A DNA stretch of 61,878 nt from Gammaproteobacteria bacterium (GTDB lineage Bacteria; Pseudomonadota; Gammaproteobacteria; Ga0077536), in contig JADLEV010000052.1 in the NCBI GenBank assembly GCA_020845935.1, positions 1 through 61,878 of the forward strand. The letters are read 5' to 3'. The position numbers were made by a program, and so were the translations under genes. Every line of letters begins with the position of its first letter. The first letter of the stretch is position 1. Below, piece after piece: positions 36,597 through 45,477 of the stretch. The notes under the pieces are model-generated. The model ran no database searches, was not told the origin of the DNA, and saw only the letters and a list, made by a program, of their open reading frames with translations.

Positions 36597-37523
36597 TCAT
36601 GCTACCAATTGTTCCTGATGCTGCACCTTGAGCCAGTGTTCCAGGAACTGAACTGGCGACTTATAGCCGAGGGTGGAATGCCGACGTTTTCGATTGTAGA
36701 AGACCTCGATGTATTCGAAGGCGGCAGCCTTGATCTCAGCGTGGGTCGCGTAGCGAATGCCATGCACCCGCTCGTTCTTGAAACTGTTGAACCAGCTCTC
36801 CGTCGGCGCGTTGTCCCAGCAGTTGCCCTTGCGGCTCATCGAGCAGGTCATGCCGTACCCTTCGAGCTGATCCTGAAAGGCTTGGCTGGCGTACTGGCTG
36901 CCGCGATCAGAGTGATGTACCAGCCCCGGGGCCGGCCGCTTCCTGAACCAGGCCATGCTCAGCGCGTCGGTCACGATGTCCACCGTCATACGCGGCTTCA
37001 GCGACCAGCCGACGATCTCGCGGTTGAACAGATCGAGCACGATCGCCAGGTACAACCAGCCTTCATCCGTCCAGAGATAGGTGATGTCCGAGGTCCAGAC
37101 CTGATTCGGCGATGTCGGCGAGAAGTTTCTGGCCAGCAGGTTCTCCGCCACCGGCAGGCCATGCTTCGAGTCCGTCGTGGCCCGGTAACGCCGCTTGTGG
37201 CGGGCCTGGAGGCGGTGGTCGCGCATCAGCCGTTCGACGCGAGCCTTGCTGGCCGAAAAGCCTCGCGCACGCAGTTCGCGCACCATGCGCGGGCTGCCAT
37301 AGGCGCCTTTGAGTTCGGCGTGAATCGAGTGGATCAGGACCAGCATCCGGCCATCGGTCAGGCGCTGGCGGTCCGGTGCGCCACCGCGCTTCCAGGCGCG
37401 ATAACCACTGATGCTGACGTCGAGCACCTCGCACATTGCGGACAACGCAAACGCCTTGCCTTGTCCGGCAATCCAGGCGTACTTCACAGAACATCTTTCG
37501 CGAAGTACGCCGCCGCTTTTTTT
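36597..37523 (-). CDS. IS3-family transposase OrfB (DDE integrase domain), expressed as an OrfAB fusion by -1 frameshift
   Basis: HSDRGSQYAS...CWDNAPTESWFNSFKNE motifs. The frame overlaps the orfA end at A AAA AAA (37517-37523). Confidence 0.8.
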   Translation of the reverse strand, partial: KKSGGVLRERCSVKYAWIAGQGKAFALSAMCEVLDVSISGYRAWKRGGAPDRQRLTDGRMLVLIHSIHAELKGAYGSPRMVRELRARGFSASKARVERLMRDHRLQARHKRRYRATTDSKHGLPVAENLLARNFSPTSPNQVWTSDITYLWTDEGWLYLAIVLDLFNREIVGWSLKPRMTVDIVTDALSMAWFRKRPAPGLVHHSDRGSQYASQAFQDQLEGYGMTCSMSRKGNCWDNAPTESWFNSFKNERVHGIRYATHAEIKAAAFEYIEVFYNRKRRHSTLGYKSPVQFLEHWLKVQHQEQLVA

Positions 37524-37774
37524 AGGATTTCGGTCTCCCGCTTGAGCCGGACGTTTTCCGCGCGCAGCCGCGAAAGCTCCATTTCCTCGGCCGTCACCAC
37601 ACGGCTGCCTGCCCCCTGGAGTCTGCCTTGTTTCGCCGCCGTCACCCAGTTGCGCAGCGTCTGATCGCGCAGCCCGAGTTCCTTGCAAACCGCGCCAACC
37701 GTTTGCCCTCCAGAGACGCGCTTTACCGCCAGTTCCTTGAACTCTATCGTGTACGTCTGTTTCGGTATGTTCAT
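37484..37774 (-). CDS. IS3-family transposase OrfA (HTH)
   Basis: MNIPKQTYTIEFKELAVKRV... HTH plus leucine-zipper-like C-terminus (ELSRLRAENVRLKRETEILKKAAAYF). Confidence 0.85.
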   Translation of the reverse strand: MNIPKQTYTIEFKELAVKRVSGGQTVGAVCKELGLRDQTLRNWVTAAKQGRLQGAGSRVVTAEEMELSRLRAENVRLKRETEILKKAAAYFAKDVL

Positions 37775-37825
37775 TTCCTGTCTTCCAAAAGTGTCTTCGA
37801 TTTTAGTTCACCTTTGGCAGACGAA

Positions 37826-37990
37826 TTTTCGGGGGAAGCTCAAGCCTCGGGGCTTACGCGGATAGTTTGCGACATGCAGCGGCCCCTCACACGCCCGGCA
37901 ACCCCGAAGCCGAATTGCAGCGGCGAGTTCCTTGATCGATGTGGGAAAGAAAACGAAAAAAAAGCGGGATCTTGCAGAACGACGTGGCAC
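37826..37990 (-). pseudogene. Upstream piece of the IS3-disrupted IS4-family transposase gene
   Basis: Removing the IS3 and one copy of the 3-bp duplication joins ...LHVANYPRKPRGLSFPRK in frame to PREASLKALYRSRWHVELD... Further upstream the frame is broken, so the N-terminal half is missing or degenerate. Confidence 0.5.
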
Positions 37991-38250
37991 ACTTGGGAGG
38001 TCTCCTGGTCTGATAACCGGAGACTCCCCCCGAGGGGATCCTGCTCAAACCATCACCAAACTTGATCGCCACGTGCAGAATCACCATCAAAAGCGGTGAC
38101 CGTGCTCACTGGTGCGCTTTTTTTGGGGTGGGAGTGCTTCGTGCGACAATTCTGTTCTCACGCAGAGTGCGGGAGGGCTGTTCGGGAGAGCACCTTGGGC
38201 GGCTCCCTCGCTGTGGCTCTTTCCGATAAACCCACATCCTGGAGAGGAAA

Positions 38251-39057
38251 ATGTCCGACGAAAAAACAGCAGCCCGTGTTTGGCAGGTGGATGAACGGTG
38301 GACAGGCCGGATACGACTCCCAAACGTAGAAAAAGACACCCCGCAGGACGAAGAGTGGTGCGAGATTCTTGAGAACGGCGAGTGGAGCAAGGTGCGCTTT
38401 CATGACTACGCGCACATCTACGAGCGCCCAGGTTTGTATGAGGCGCTGTTCTACGGGCTGATGAAGTGCGACTCGCCACGGCGCGTGGTGGGCCTGCTGA
38501 AGGACCTGCGCACCGAGCCTGACTGGCCGCAGGAACCGTTGCGGGTGCTGGATCTGGGCGCCGGCAATGGCATCGTGGCAGAAGAGCTGCGTCGTGCGGG
38601 GGCCAGCCGCGTGGTGGGTCTGGACATTCTTCCGGAAGCCAGGATGGCCGCCGCGCGCGACCGTCCTGGGGTGTACACGGACTACATCGTGGACGATCTC
38701 TGTCAGCCTTCCGCCACCACCAAGGCCAGGCTCAATGACATGAGGCCCAACGCCCTGGTATCCGTGGCAGCACTGGGTTTTTGTGACATTCCCGCGTTGG
38801 CGTACTACAACGCCGCAAGCTTTGTGCGCCCCGGCGGGGCGCTGGCGTTCAACATCAAGGAAGAGTTCCTGGATGCGCGTTACACCCACGGCTTCTCGGA
38901 GCTTCTTCGGCGAATGGTGGAGGAGAGGGTGGTGCGGCTGGAAGCCACCCGACGCTACATTCACCGCTACGGCATTGCCGGCCAGCCGTTGCATTACACC
39001 GCCATGATTGCCACCAAGATGACAGAGATTCCGCGGAGCATGGTTGTGGACCCGTGA
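38251..39057 (+). CDS. Class I SAM-dependent methyltransferase
   Basis: VLDLGAGNGIVAEEL motif I. ~268 aa. The stop overlaps the start of the ABC ATPase gene (GTGA). Confidence 0.75.
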   Translation: MSDEKTAARVWQVDERWTGRIRLPNVEKDTPQDEEWCEILENGEWSKVRFHDYAHIYERPGLYEALFYGLMKCDSPRRVVGLLKDLRTEPDWPQEPLRVLDLGAGNGIVAEELRRAGASRVVGLDILPEARMAAARDRPGVYTDYIVDDLCQPSATTKARLNDMRPNALVSVAALGFCDIPALAYYNAASFVRPGGALAFNIKEEFLDARYTHGFSELLRRMVEERVVRLEATRRYIHRYGIAGQPLHYTAMIATKMTEIPRSMVVDP

Positions 39058-39818
39058 TTGAACTGCACTGCGTCCAGGTGACCTATCCCGGCGGCGTTGC
39101 GCTGCAGGATCTCAGCCTGACCGTGGCTGCCGGACAGATGCTGGTGTTGGTAGGCGAATCCGGAAGTGGCAAGACCACCACCCTCAAACTGGTGAACCGC
39201 CGGGTAGACCCAACCTCAGGCACAGTGTTGGTGGACGGCCGCAACGTTGCCACCGTGGATGCCATTGCCCTGCGCCGCAGCGTGGGCACGGTTTTTCAAC
39301 GCTTTGGCCTGTTTCCACACATGACTGTGGCCGAAAACGTGGGGCTGCTGCCGCGCCTGATGGGCTGTTCCGCGGCGGACATCCACGCACGGGTGAACAC
39401 GCTGCTGGAGATGGTGGGACTTGCCCCGCAGGTCTTTGGAGACCGGTTTCCCGCGGAGCTGTCCGGCGGCCAGCAACAGCGGGTGGGCGTGGCACGGGCC
39501 TTGGCGCCGAGGCCGCGTATTCTGCTGATGGATGAGCCCTTTGGCGCGCTGGATCCGGTCACACGCGAGGGCCTGGCCACACAGGTTCGCCAACTGCATG
39601 TGGACCTGGGCCTGACCACGGTCTTGGTCACCCATGACATGACCGAGGCATTGCTCATGGGGGACCAGGTGGCGGTGATGCATGCCGGTGTGTTGCTGCA
39701 ACTTGGCACGCCTGCGCAATTGCTCCATGCGCCCAGCAGTGACCGCGTTCGCGCCTTGCTGGAAACTCCCCGCCTGCAGGTCGAACGCCTGGGCCGGCTG
39801 GTGTCAGGTGCCGCTTGA
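39054..39818 (+). CDS. ABC transporter ATPase, osmoprotectant (glycine betaine/choline/proline betaine) type, without a CBS tail
   Basis: GESGSGKTT Walker A, LSGGQQQRVGVARAL signature, LLMDEPFGALD Walker B. Confidence 0.85.
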   Translation: MIELHCVQVTYPGGVALQDLSLTVAAGQMLVLVGESGSGKTTTLKLVNRRVDPTSGTVLVDGRNVATVDAIALRRSVGTVFQRFGLFPHMTVAENVGLLPRLMGCSAADIHARVNTLLEMVGLAPQVFGDRFPAELSGGQQQRVGVARALAPRPRILLMDEPFGALDPVTREGLATQVRQLHVDLGLTTVLVTHDMTEALLMGDQVAVMHAGVLLQLGTPAQLLHAPSSDRVRALLETPRLQVERLGRLVSGAA

Positions 39819-41395
39819 TGTCCGCCAGCCTGTCCGAACAGCTTGAGCACCTTCCCGAATACATGGGCGCACACATGCTGCTGTGCGGTGTGGCGTTGTT
39901 GTTGGGCCTGTGCATCAGTCTTCCAATGGCGCTGCTGGTGGTCCGCCGACCTCGGGCAGCAGCGGTGGTGCTGGGCAGCGCGGGGGTGATTCAGACCATT
40001 CCCAGCCTGGCACTTCTTGCGTTGATGGTGCCACTGCTGAAATCATTTGGATTTCTGCCGGCGCTGGTGGCTCTGGTGCTCTACAGCATGTTGCCCATCC
40101 TTCGGAACACCGTTACCGGCATTTCCCAAGTGGATCCCAACCTCACCGAGGCAGCCAACGCGCTGGGCCTCACGCCCGGTCAGATGTTGCGTCTGGTGGA
40201 GATTCCATTGGCCCTGCCCATCATTGTGGCCGGGGTGCGTACCAGCGCCGTGTGGGTGGTGGGCATTGCCACCCTGTCCACACCGGTGGGGCAGACCAGC
40301 CTGGGCAACTACATCTTTGGTGGCCTACAGACGCGCAACTGGACAGCGGTCATGGTGGGGTGCGTGTTGGCCGCAGCGTTGGCGTTGCTGATCGACCTGC
40401 TGCTGGCCCTTGCCGAACGCGGCGCCAGGCTGCGGCGGCCCATGCACACGGTCCTGGGACTTGGTGCCCTGGTGGTGGTGCTGGTGACAGGGTCTTTGTG
40501 GCCGCACCTGGCCACCTCGCGGCCGCCTGACACACGTCAGGTCGTTGCTCCGCAGACCTCTGCCGGCGCCGCGAGCCAAAGTGCGCCGGTGACCAGCGTC
40601 AGGGTGGGCGCCAAGACCTTCACCGAGCAGTACATTCTGGCTGCCCTCATGGAGCGCCACCTGCGCGCCGCAGGCCTGGTCGTCACCCGCGCGGACAGTC
40701 TGGGGTCCACCGTGGCGTTTGATGCACTGTGCCGCAGTGAGATTGATGTGTACGTGGACTACAGCGGAACGCTGTGGGCCAACGCCATGAAACGCCAGGA
40801 CAAGGCGCCGCCTTGGAAGGTTCTGGCAGAGTTGGCCGGTTGGCTTGCAGACCGCCATGGCGTCCGCCTGCTGGGCGCCCTGGGTTTTGAAAACGCGTAC
40901 GCGCTGGCTATGCGCCGGGACCGCGCCACACAGCTGGGCATCGCCACGGTGCAGGACCTGACCCATCATGCCCCTCTGCTTGCGGTGGGCAGCGACTACG
41001 AGTTCTTTCAGCGCCCGGAATGGCGCACGCTGCAACAGACGTATGGGCTGGCGTTCAGGGAGACCGTCAGCTTTGACTCCACGTTCATGTATCCCGCGGT
41101 GGTGGAAAACAAAGTAGACATCATCACCGCGTTCTCATCAGACGGACGGATTGCTGCCTACGACCTGGTGGTGTTGGATGACCCGCGTCACGCCTTTCCA
41201 CCGTATGACGCGGTGGTGCTGCTCAGCCCCCGGGTGGCCACAGATGCCGCCGTGGTGGGTGCACTTCAGGAGATGCTGGGGCGCATTGATGTGGCGCACA
41301 TGCGGCAGGCCAACCTCATGGTGGACCGTGACGACGACAAATGGACACCGGACCAGGCCGCCGGGTGGCTGGATGAACAGACCCGCAGACCGTAG
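39815..41395 (+). CDS. Fused ABC permease / substrate-binding protein (OpuBC/OsmF-type quaternary-amine binding domain)
   Basis: N-terminal multi-TM permease with an EAA-like loop (EAANALGLTPGQMLRLVEIPLALP). C-terminal periplasmic domain (VRVGAKTFTEQYILAALM...DVYVDYSGTLW). Confidence 0.85.
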   Translation: MMSASLSEQLEHLPEYMGAHMLLCGVALLLGLCISLPMALLVVRRPRAAAVVLGSAGVIQTIPSLALLALMVPLLKSFGFLPALVALVLYSMLPILRNTVTGISQVDPNLTEAANALGLTPGQMLRLVEIPLALPIIVAGVRTSAVWVVGIATLSTPVGQTSLGNYIFGGLQTRNWTAVMVGCVLAAALALLIDLLLALAERGARLRRPMHTVLGLGALVVVLVTGSLWPHLATSRPPDTRQVVAPQTSAGAASQSAPVTSVRVGAKTFTEQYILAALMERHLRAAGLVVTRADSLGSTVAFDALCRSEIDVYVDYSGTLWANAMKRQDKAPPWKVLAELAGWLADRHGVRLLGALGFENAYALAMRRDRATQLGIATVQDLTHHAPLLAVGSDYEFFQRPEWRTLQQTYGLAFRETVSFDSTFMYPAVVENKVDIITAFSSDGRIAAYDLVVLDDPRHAFPPYDAVVLLSPRVATDAAVVGALQEMLGRIDVAHMRQANLMVDRDDDKWTPDQAAGWLDEQTRRP

Positions 41396-41398
41396 CTT

Positions 41399-41433
41399 CG
41401 TCACTCCAGCGAAAAAGGTGCCAGGTTTATTTT
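41399..41433 (-). repeat. Right copy of the 35-nt inverted repeat
   Basis: The reverse complement AAAATAAACCTGGCACCTTTTTCGCTGGAGTGACG matches 35178-35212 at 28 of 35 positions. It starts 4 nt after the ABC gene stop. Confidence 0.55.
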
Positions 41434-41454
41434 TCCGCGGTCCCGGATCGAGAC

Positions 41455-41640
41455 TTGGCGTATGACGCGGCCGATAAAGTACTGGATCTGACCGATCAGC
41501 TGAGCAGCACGTACGATGAGTCCTTTGATTACGATGTCATGAGCCTCCTGACGGATGCCGATGGCGCGTATGGTGTGTGGGAATACGCTTACGACGGTAC
41601 TGGAAATCGTACGCAAGCGATACTCGACCGTCAGACTCTC
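41455..41640 (+). pseudogene. RHS/YD-repeat protein fragment
   Basis: AYDAADKVLDLTD ... FDYDVMSLLTDADG ... WEYAYDGTGNRTQ are three YD-repeat-like units (consensus Y.YD..GN/R). No credible start, and the frame runs on into the antisense of aspS. Confidence 0.4.
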
Positions 41641-41706
41641 GACAAGAAATCCATGGGCACCGACGACGAGGCGCCGGCGGGTGGACCGCAACCGTCGCTG
41701 GTTCGC

Positions 41707-43479
41707 TCAGCGCAGCGGTTTGGCGAGGCGGATGCCGAGTTCGCGCAACTGAGCCTCGGTGACCTCGGTCGGCGCTTCCGTCAGGGGACAGCTTGCGGTC
41801 TGGGTCTTGGGGAACGCGATCACATCGCGAATCGAACTTGCGCCCACCATCAGCATCACCAGGCGGTCGAGACCGAAGGCGATGCCGCCGTGCGGCGGGC
41901 AGCCTTGCGCCAACGCGCGCAGCAGGAACCCGAACTTGTGGTCGGCTTCCTCGGGGCCGATGCCCAACAGGTCGAAGATCGCCTGTTGCATCTTGCGATC
42001 GTGGATACGGATCGAGCCACCGCCGATCTCGGTGCCGTTCAACACCATGTCATAGGCGCGCGACAGCGCCGCGCCGGGATTGGCGCACAGCTCTTCGATC
42101 GAGGCGACCTGCGGTGCGGTGAACGGATGATGCAGCGAGTCCCAGCGCTTTGGCTCGGCGTTCCATTCGAACATCGGGAAATCGCAGACCCACAGCGGAA
42201 ACCAGCCGGGCCGGGTGACGCCCAGATCGTGACCGAGCTTCAGGCGCAACGCGCCGAGCGCCTGGTTGACGACGGCGCTGGTATCGGCGCCGAAGAAGAT
42301 CACATCGCCGGTCTCGGCACCGGTGCGTTGCAGGATCGCGGCGAGGACCTCGTCCGGCAGGAATTTGAGGATCGGCGATTGCAGTCCGTCGCGGCCAGAG
42401 GCGGCATCGTTGACCTTGATGTAGGCCAGGCCTTTCGCGCCGAATATCGCGATCCATTCGGCGTAGTCATCGATCTGCTTGCGGGTCAGCTTGCTGTTGC
42501 CGCCCGGCGCGCGCAGCGCGGCGACCCGGCCCGCCGGATCATTGGCCGGCCCGGAGAACACCTTGAACTCGACCGCGCGTACCAGATCGCCAATCTCGAC
42601 CAGTTCGAGCGAGACCCGCAGATCCGGTTTGTCCGAGCCGTAGCGTGCCATCGCCTCGGCGTAACTCAGCCGCGGCAACGGTGGCAGTTCCAGATCCAGC
42701 GTCTCGCGGAACAGCGTGCGGATCATCTGTTCCATCAACGCCATCAGCTCGTGTTCGTCGAGGAACGAGGTCTCGATATCGAGCTGGGTGAATTCGGGCT
42801 GGCGATCGGCGCGCAGATCCTCGTCGCGGAAACAACGGACGATCTGATAGTAGCGATCCATGCCGGCCATCATCAGCAGCTGCTTGAACAATTGCGGCGA
42901 TTGCGGCAAGGCGAAGAAATGGCCGTGATGGGTGCGGCTCGGCACGAGATAGTCGCGCGCGCCCTCGGGGGTCGCCTTGGTCAGCATCGGCGTCTCGATC
43001 TCGAGGAAACCGTGCTCGTCGAGGAAGCGCCGCAGCGTACCGGCGGCCTTCGCCCGCAGGCGGAGATTGGCCTGCATCGGCGCGCGGCGCAGGTCGATCA
43101 CTCGGTTGCCGAGGCGGACATCCTCGTGGATCGACGGGTCATCGAGCTGGAACGGCGGCGTCTCCGCGCTGTTCAGGATTTCCAGTTCCCGCCCGAGGAT
43201 CTCGACCTGACCGGTCGTCAGCGTCTCGTTCGCGGTACCTTCCGGACGCCGGCGCACGACGCCCTTGACCCGCAACACGAATTCCGAGCGCACGCGCTCG
43301 GCGACCGCGAAGCTCGCCGGGGTATCCGGATCGAACACGACCTGGACCAGACCCTCGCGATCGCGCAGATCGAGGAAGATGACCCCGCCGTGATCCCGGC
43401 GATGATGGACCCAACCGCAGACCGCGACTTCGCCGCCGATCAGTGCCTCGGTGATCCGTCCGCAATAATGTGTTCGCAT
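41707..43479 (-). CDS. aspS: Aspartate-tRNA ligase
   Basis: [44 protein letters not shown]-terminus and class II motifs ([18 protein letters not shown]; GGGSIRIH). Confidence 0.95.
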   Translation of the reverse strand: MRTHYCGRITEALIGGEVAVCGWVHHRRDHGGVIFLDLRDREGLVQVVFDPDTPASFAVAERVRSEFVLRVKGVVRRRPEGTANETLTTGQVEILGRELEILNSAETPPFQLDDPSIHEDVRLGNRVIDLRRAPMQANLRLRAKAAGTLRRFLDEHGFLEIETPMLTKATPEGARDYLVPSRTHHGHFFALPQSPQLFKQLLMMAGMDRYYQIVRCFRDEDLRADRQPEFTQLDIETSFLDEHELMALMEQMIRTLFRETLDLELPPLPRLSYAEAMARYGSDKPDLRVSLELVEIGDLVRAVEFKVFSGPANDPAGRVAALRAPGGNSKLTRKQIDDYAEWIAIFGAKGLAYIKVNDAASGRDGLQSPILKFLPDEVLAAILQRTGAETGDVIFFGADTSAVVNQALGALRLKLGHDLGVTRPGWFPLWVCDFPMFEWNAEPKRWDSLHHPFTAPQVASIEELCANPGAALSRAYDMVLNGTEIGGGSIRIHDRKMQQAIFDLLGIGPEEADHKFGFLLRALAQGCPPHGGIAFGLDRLVMLMVGASSIRDVIAFPKTQTASCPLTEAPTEVTEAQLRELGIRLAKPLR

Positions 43480-43614
43480 GCTCATGTCGTTGCCGGACAA
43501 CCCGGGGCAGAAGGAAGGCGGGGATGATACGGACTCGGGTTGAGAGCGGCAACAACAGGGGCGACGCCATGCCGGGCGTCGCCTGGTTCGATCGTATCCG
43601 CCGTTGCTGGCGGG

Positions 43615-43911
43615 TCAGGCGTCGCCGGTCGTCGCCTTAGTTTCCGTCGCCGCCGGTTTCTTGTCCGCGCCGTCGGTGGATTTGGCGGTTGCTTCGTCCG
43701 GGGTCTTGGCCGGGGTGGGCTTGTTCTTGTTGTCGCGGAAATCGGTGACGTACCAGCCGCCGCCCTTGAGCTGGAAGCCGGCGCGGGAAATCAGCTTGCG
43801 CAGTTCCGCCCTGCCGCAGGCCGGGCAATCGGTCGCCAGCGGATCGCTTACCTTCTGCATGATTTCGAGGTGGTGACCGCAGGCGTTACAGGAATATTCG
43901 TAGATCGGCAT
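43615..43911 (-). CDS. FmdB-family zinc-ribbon protein
   Basis: MPIYEYSCNACGHHLEIMQKVSDPLATDCPACG hallmark. Internal ATG 43911. Confidence 0.75.
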   Translation of the reverse strand: MPIYEYSCNACGHHLEIMQKVSDPLATDCPACGRAELRKLISRAGFQLKGGGWYVTDFRDNKNKPTPAKTPDEATAKSTDGADKKPAATETKATTGDA

Positions 43912-43986
43912 GGTGGCAGTGCGTCCGATGGAACCCGGCGGCAAATATGGCGATTTGTCCGGAGATTTCAAGCCTCTTCAGCACCA

Positions 43987-45156
43987 TCAATAGCGCAGGC
44001 CGACATAATTCTCGGCGAGCAGGCGCTGTGCGGTGTCCGAACGGATGAGTTGCTCCTGCTCCGCACGCTGCATGCGCCGGTCGAACGCGTCGTGTTCCGG
44101 AAAGCGGTGCAGCAGCGTGCTCATCCACCAGGAAAAGCGCTCGGCCTGCCAGACGCGCGCGAGCGCACGCTCGGAGTAGCGCTCGAGCCCGGAAAAGTCG
44201 CGGTCCTGATAGTACTGGCGCAGGCCCGTGGCCAGATAGTGGATATCCGAGGCGGCGAGGTTGAGTCCCTTGGCGCCGGTCGGCGGCACGATGTGGGCGG
44301 CGTCGCCGGCAAGGAACAGGCGGCCCCATTGCATCGGTTCGGCAACGAAGCTACGGCATTGGGTAATCGATTTCTCGAGCGCCGGCCCGGTGACGATGCG
44401 ATCGGCGGCCGCTTCCGGGATGCGTCGCTTCAGTTCCTCCCAGAAGCGTTCGTCGGGCCATTGCTCGACGGCATCGGCCGGATCGCATTGCACGTAATAG
44501 CGGCTGAGCTTGGCGTTGCGCATCGAGCACAGGGCAAAGCCGCGATCGTGCGCGACATAGATGAGTTCCGCGCTGACCGGTGGCGTCTGCGACAGCACGC
44601 CGAGCCAGGCGAAGGGATAGACCCGGTGATACTCGCGGCGCAACGCGTGCGGAATGCTCTGGCGGCTGACGCCGTGGAAGCCGTCACAGCCGGCGACAAA
44701 GTCACAGGCCAGCCGCTGCCGGGTGTCGCCAACGCGGTAGCTGACGTAAGGTGCGTCACCATCGAGGCCATGCAGCGTGACATCCTGAACGTCATGCAGG
44801 ACCCGGCCGCCGAGCCGATCCCGGGCGTCGTAGAGATCGCGGGTCAGCTCGGTCTGACCATACACGATCACCGCGCGCCCGGTCAGTTTGCGGAAGTCGA
44901 TGCGGCAGCCGACACCGGACAATTCCAGTTGCGTGCCGTCGTGGATGAAGCCTTCGCGATCCATCCGATCGCCGGCCTGGGCCTGGCGCAGCAGGTCCGC
45001 CATGCCCTGTTCCAGCACGCCGGCACGGATGCGGCTGAGCACGTGCTCGCGCGATTGCCGCTCGAGCACGACGCTTTCGATACCCGCCAGATGCAGCAAC
45101 TGACTCAGCAGCAGACCGGACGGCCCGCCACCGATGATGACAACCTGGGTACGCAT
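43987..45156 (-). CDS. pobA: 4-hydroxybenzoate 3-monooxygenase
   Basis: MRTQVVIIGGGPSGLLLSQLLHLAGIESVVLER FAD motif, DGFHGVSR, LAGDAAHIVPPTGAKGLNLA. ~389 aa. Confidence 0.85.
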   Translation of the reverse strand: MRTQVVIIGGGPSGLLLSQLLHLAGIESVVLERQSREHVLSRIRAGVLEQGMADLLRQAQAGDRMDREGFIHDGTQLELSGVGCRIDFRKLTGRAVIVYGQTELTRDLYDARDRLGGRVLHDVQDVTLHGLDGDAPYVSYRVGDTRQRLACDFVAGCDGFHGVSRQSIPHALRREYHRVYPFAWLGVLSQTPPVSAELIYVAHDRGFALCSMRNAKLSRYYVQCDPADAVEQWPDERFWEELKRRIPEAAADRIVTGPALEKSITQCRSFVAEPMQWGRLFLAGDAAHIVPPTGAKGLNLAASDIHYLATGLRQYYQDRDFSGLERYSERALARVWQAERFSWWMSTLLHRFPEHDAFDRRMQRAEQEQLIRSDTAQRLLAENYVGLRY

Positions 45157-45477
45157 GCTGTCCTTCCTCCCACCAATGAATGCGGCTTGGCCGATACGAC
45201 GATGATTCGGGCCCGCCCGTCTGCGACTCTGTTCACCCGTTATCCGCGGGCCCCTCGGTTAGGCTATCACCACTACAACGATAAAAGCTCCGAACGAGAC
45301 CCCTGTGACTGGCCGGCGGGTGGCGAGTGTTGCTGGTGATCCTGCCTGGTGCCAGCGTCCAGACCCGGGCGCTGTCGCCGTGAATGTGACCTTCGACGAC
45401 CTGGGTGCGGGAAGCACACTGGCCGTTCGGGGTGGCGGTATATCCTCACCGATCGGCGCTGATCCGGTGGCTATCTG

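Larger units (their letters stand above)
36575..37825 (-). mobile_element. IS3-family insertion sequence (1251 bp), apparently intact
   Basis: Perfect 12-bp terminal inverted repeat TTCGTCTGCCAA (36575-36586 / 37814-37825). Flanking 3-bp direct repeat TTT (36572-36574 and 37826-37828). orfA/orfB with an A7 slippery run. Confidence 0.85.

Noticed and set aside
37994-38030. Strong hairpin GGGAGGTCTCC-n13-GGAGACTCCCC upstream of the methyltransferase gene.
   Set aside because: It lies inside the degenerate IS4-family remnant with no U-tract or adjacent gene end. Most simply explained as residual IS sequence.
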